Positions 62,641-64,000 of a DNA stretch of 64,000 bases are shown here, piece by piece. Both the position numbers and the translations under genes were made by a program. Source of the stretch: Glycera tridactyla (taxonomy: Eukaryota); NCBI GenBank assembly GCA_965644265.1, contig OZ286461.1:43214001-43278000 (forward strand), given 5' to 3'. The notes under the pieces are model-generated. The model was not told the origin of the DNA. It saw only the letters and a list, made by a program, of their open reading frames with translations, and did no database searches. Numbering within the stretch: position 1 is the stretch's first letter; the number at the start of each line of letters is the position of its first letter.

Positions 62641-64000
62641 TGGACGAGAGAATATATCACATGAGACGGTGGCGGACAACTGGCTGAGAGAGGCCAATCA
62701 TCTACCAACACCACTAGCAGCATCACCCCCACCACCAAGACAACCACTACCACCGACAACAGCACACTCACGGTTACCCCAACCAACACAACCACAGGCT
62801 CCTTCACAATCATGGTAGCCACCTCGACCATCAGATAACATCGTTAATAACAGCAACCACCACCAGTGCGACTACCGCCGTCAATACCACTANNNNNNNN
62901 NNNNNNNNNNNNNNNNNNNNNNNNNNNNNNNNNNNNNNNNNNNNNNNNNNNNNNNNNNNNNNNNNNNNNNNNNNNNNNNNNNNNNNNNNNNNNNNNNNNN
63001 NNNNNNNNNNNNNNNNNNNNNNNNNNNNNNNNNNNNNNNNNNNNNNNNNNCACCGCCAACACCAACACCAACACCATCACCATCACCAACACCAACACCA
63101 ACACCTTTGAAAGACGTATCAAGTTACGAGAAATATAAGTTCACAATTTTTCCGGATTCTCCATCGTCTTAATATGCCTTCTTTCGAATCATATACCTTT
63201 GCAAATATTGGAAGAGAATCAATTATCAAAAGATCATCAGAAAACTATCCAGTTATGTTGGTATTCGAGGTCATATTGGAATTCCTGGCAATAAAACTGC
63301 AAATCACAGTGATCATTCAGAATCGAGACAAATAATAGATCTCTATTTTTAGCAAATCTGGGAGAATAAATGAAAAAAAAACACAAGTTACATGGTGCTC
63401 TCAAACACAATAATTGAAATTATTTTATTCAGTTCGTGATGGAAAGACCTTGAACCTCATTTCTACCCTCTACGAGCATTTCCTCGACTTATATGAGTGT
63501 ACAATAAAAAAAAGCATTGTAATAGCCAGCATGTTACTACAAATGATCACTCATCATCAACACAAGAGTATCAAGGCGCATAGGGGAGAATTTGCACAAT
63601 AACTGAGCAGTGACCTGTCTATAAAACGTAACAGGAACCTTTTACGTTCTATCATCGGTATCCACGGTTTTATAGGTCAGGCGGCAGTCGTATTTGCCAT
63701 GTTTCACGCACAAAGATCAGACAATAAGAGCTGCAGATTCACCGCAACAATGCAATGGAATGGAAGCGTATCCTCGCCAAATACATCCAGCTCTACATGA
63801 TTCATATGTAGTATAAAAGCGAGTGCATAAGGAGAGTAAGTATAACACATCATATATCACCTCACAGGGCCCCAATCTTGTGAGTATGAGGGATTTTGGA
63901 GGAGTAGTGATACTTTTCGAAAGAGCCTTGTCATTCGGTTATCGGTAGATGAACGAAATGAGTTGACATCCAGAGTTAGTCGATTCATCATATAGGTGGA

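Noticed and set aside
62532-62831. Hydrophobic Val-rich ORF resembling a TM segment, and its Thr-rich antisense
   Set aside because: Derived from (ACC/AAC)n low-complexity sequence; no convincing splice context.

Overview
Eukaryotic (animal) genomic DNA with long introns, microsatellites, MITE-like elements and 20-odd N-runs. A marine invertebrate such as an echinoderm is my inference from the SRCR expansion and repeat landscape; the species cannot be determined. The window holds two tandem minus-strand genes for multi-SRCR (scavenger receptor cysteine-rich) proteins, both reconstructed by hand with canonical GT-AG junctions and no stops or frameshifts. Gene B (57648->13435) has 26 coding exons, a signal peptide and 22 mostly very acidic SRCR domains (about 2,490 aa), with no visible transmembrane segment. 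Gene A (8406->about 1195) has 8 coding exons, a signal peptide and 5 SRCR domains. In both genes the repeated exon is out of register with the domain: a phase-1 intron always splits the G of W-G|T-V-C, so each exon carries the C-terminal part of domain n, a linker and the N-terminal part of domain n+1. Five modules carry an extra intron, each at a different position. Two of these extra introns, one per gene at non-homologous codons, are homologous for about 300 bp starting at the GT donor, which is the signature expected of an intron-creating (introner-like) mobile element. That is the most novel signal here. No tRNA, rRNA, CRISPR array or intact transposase was recognised.
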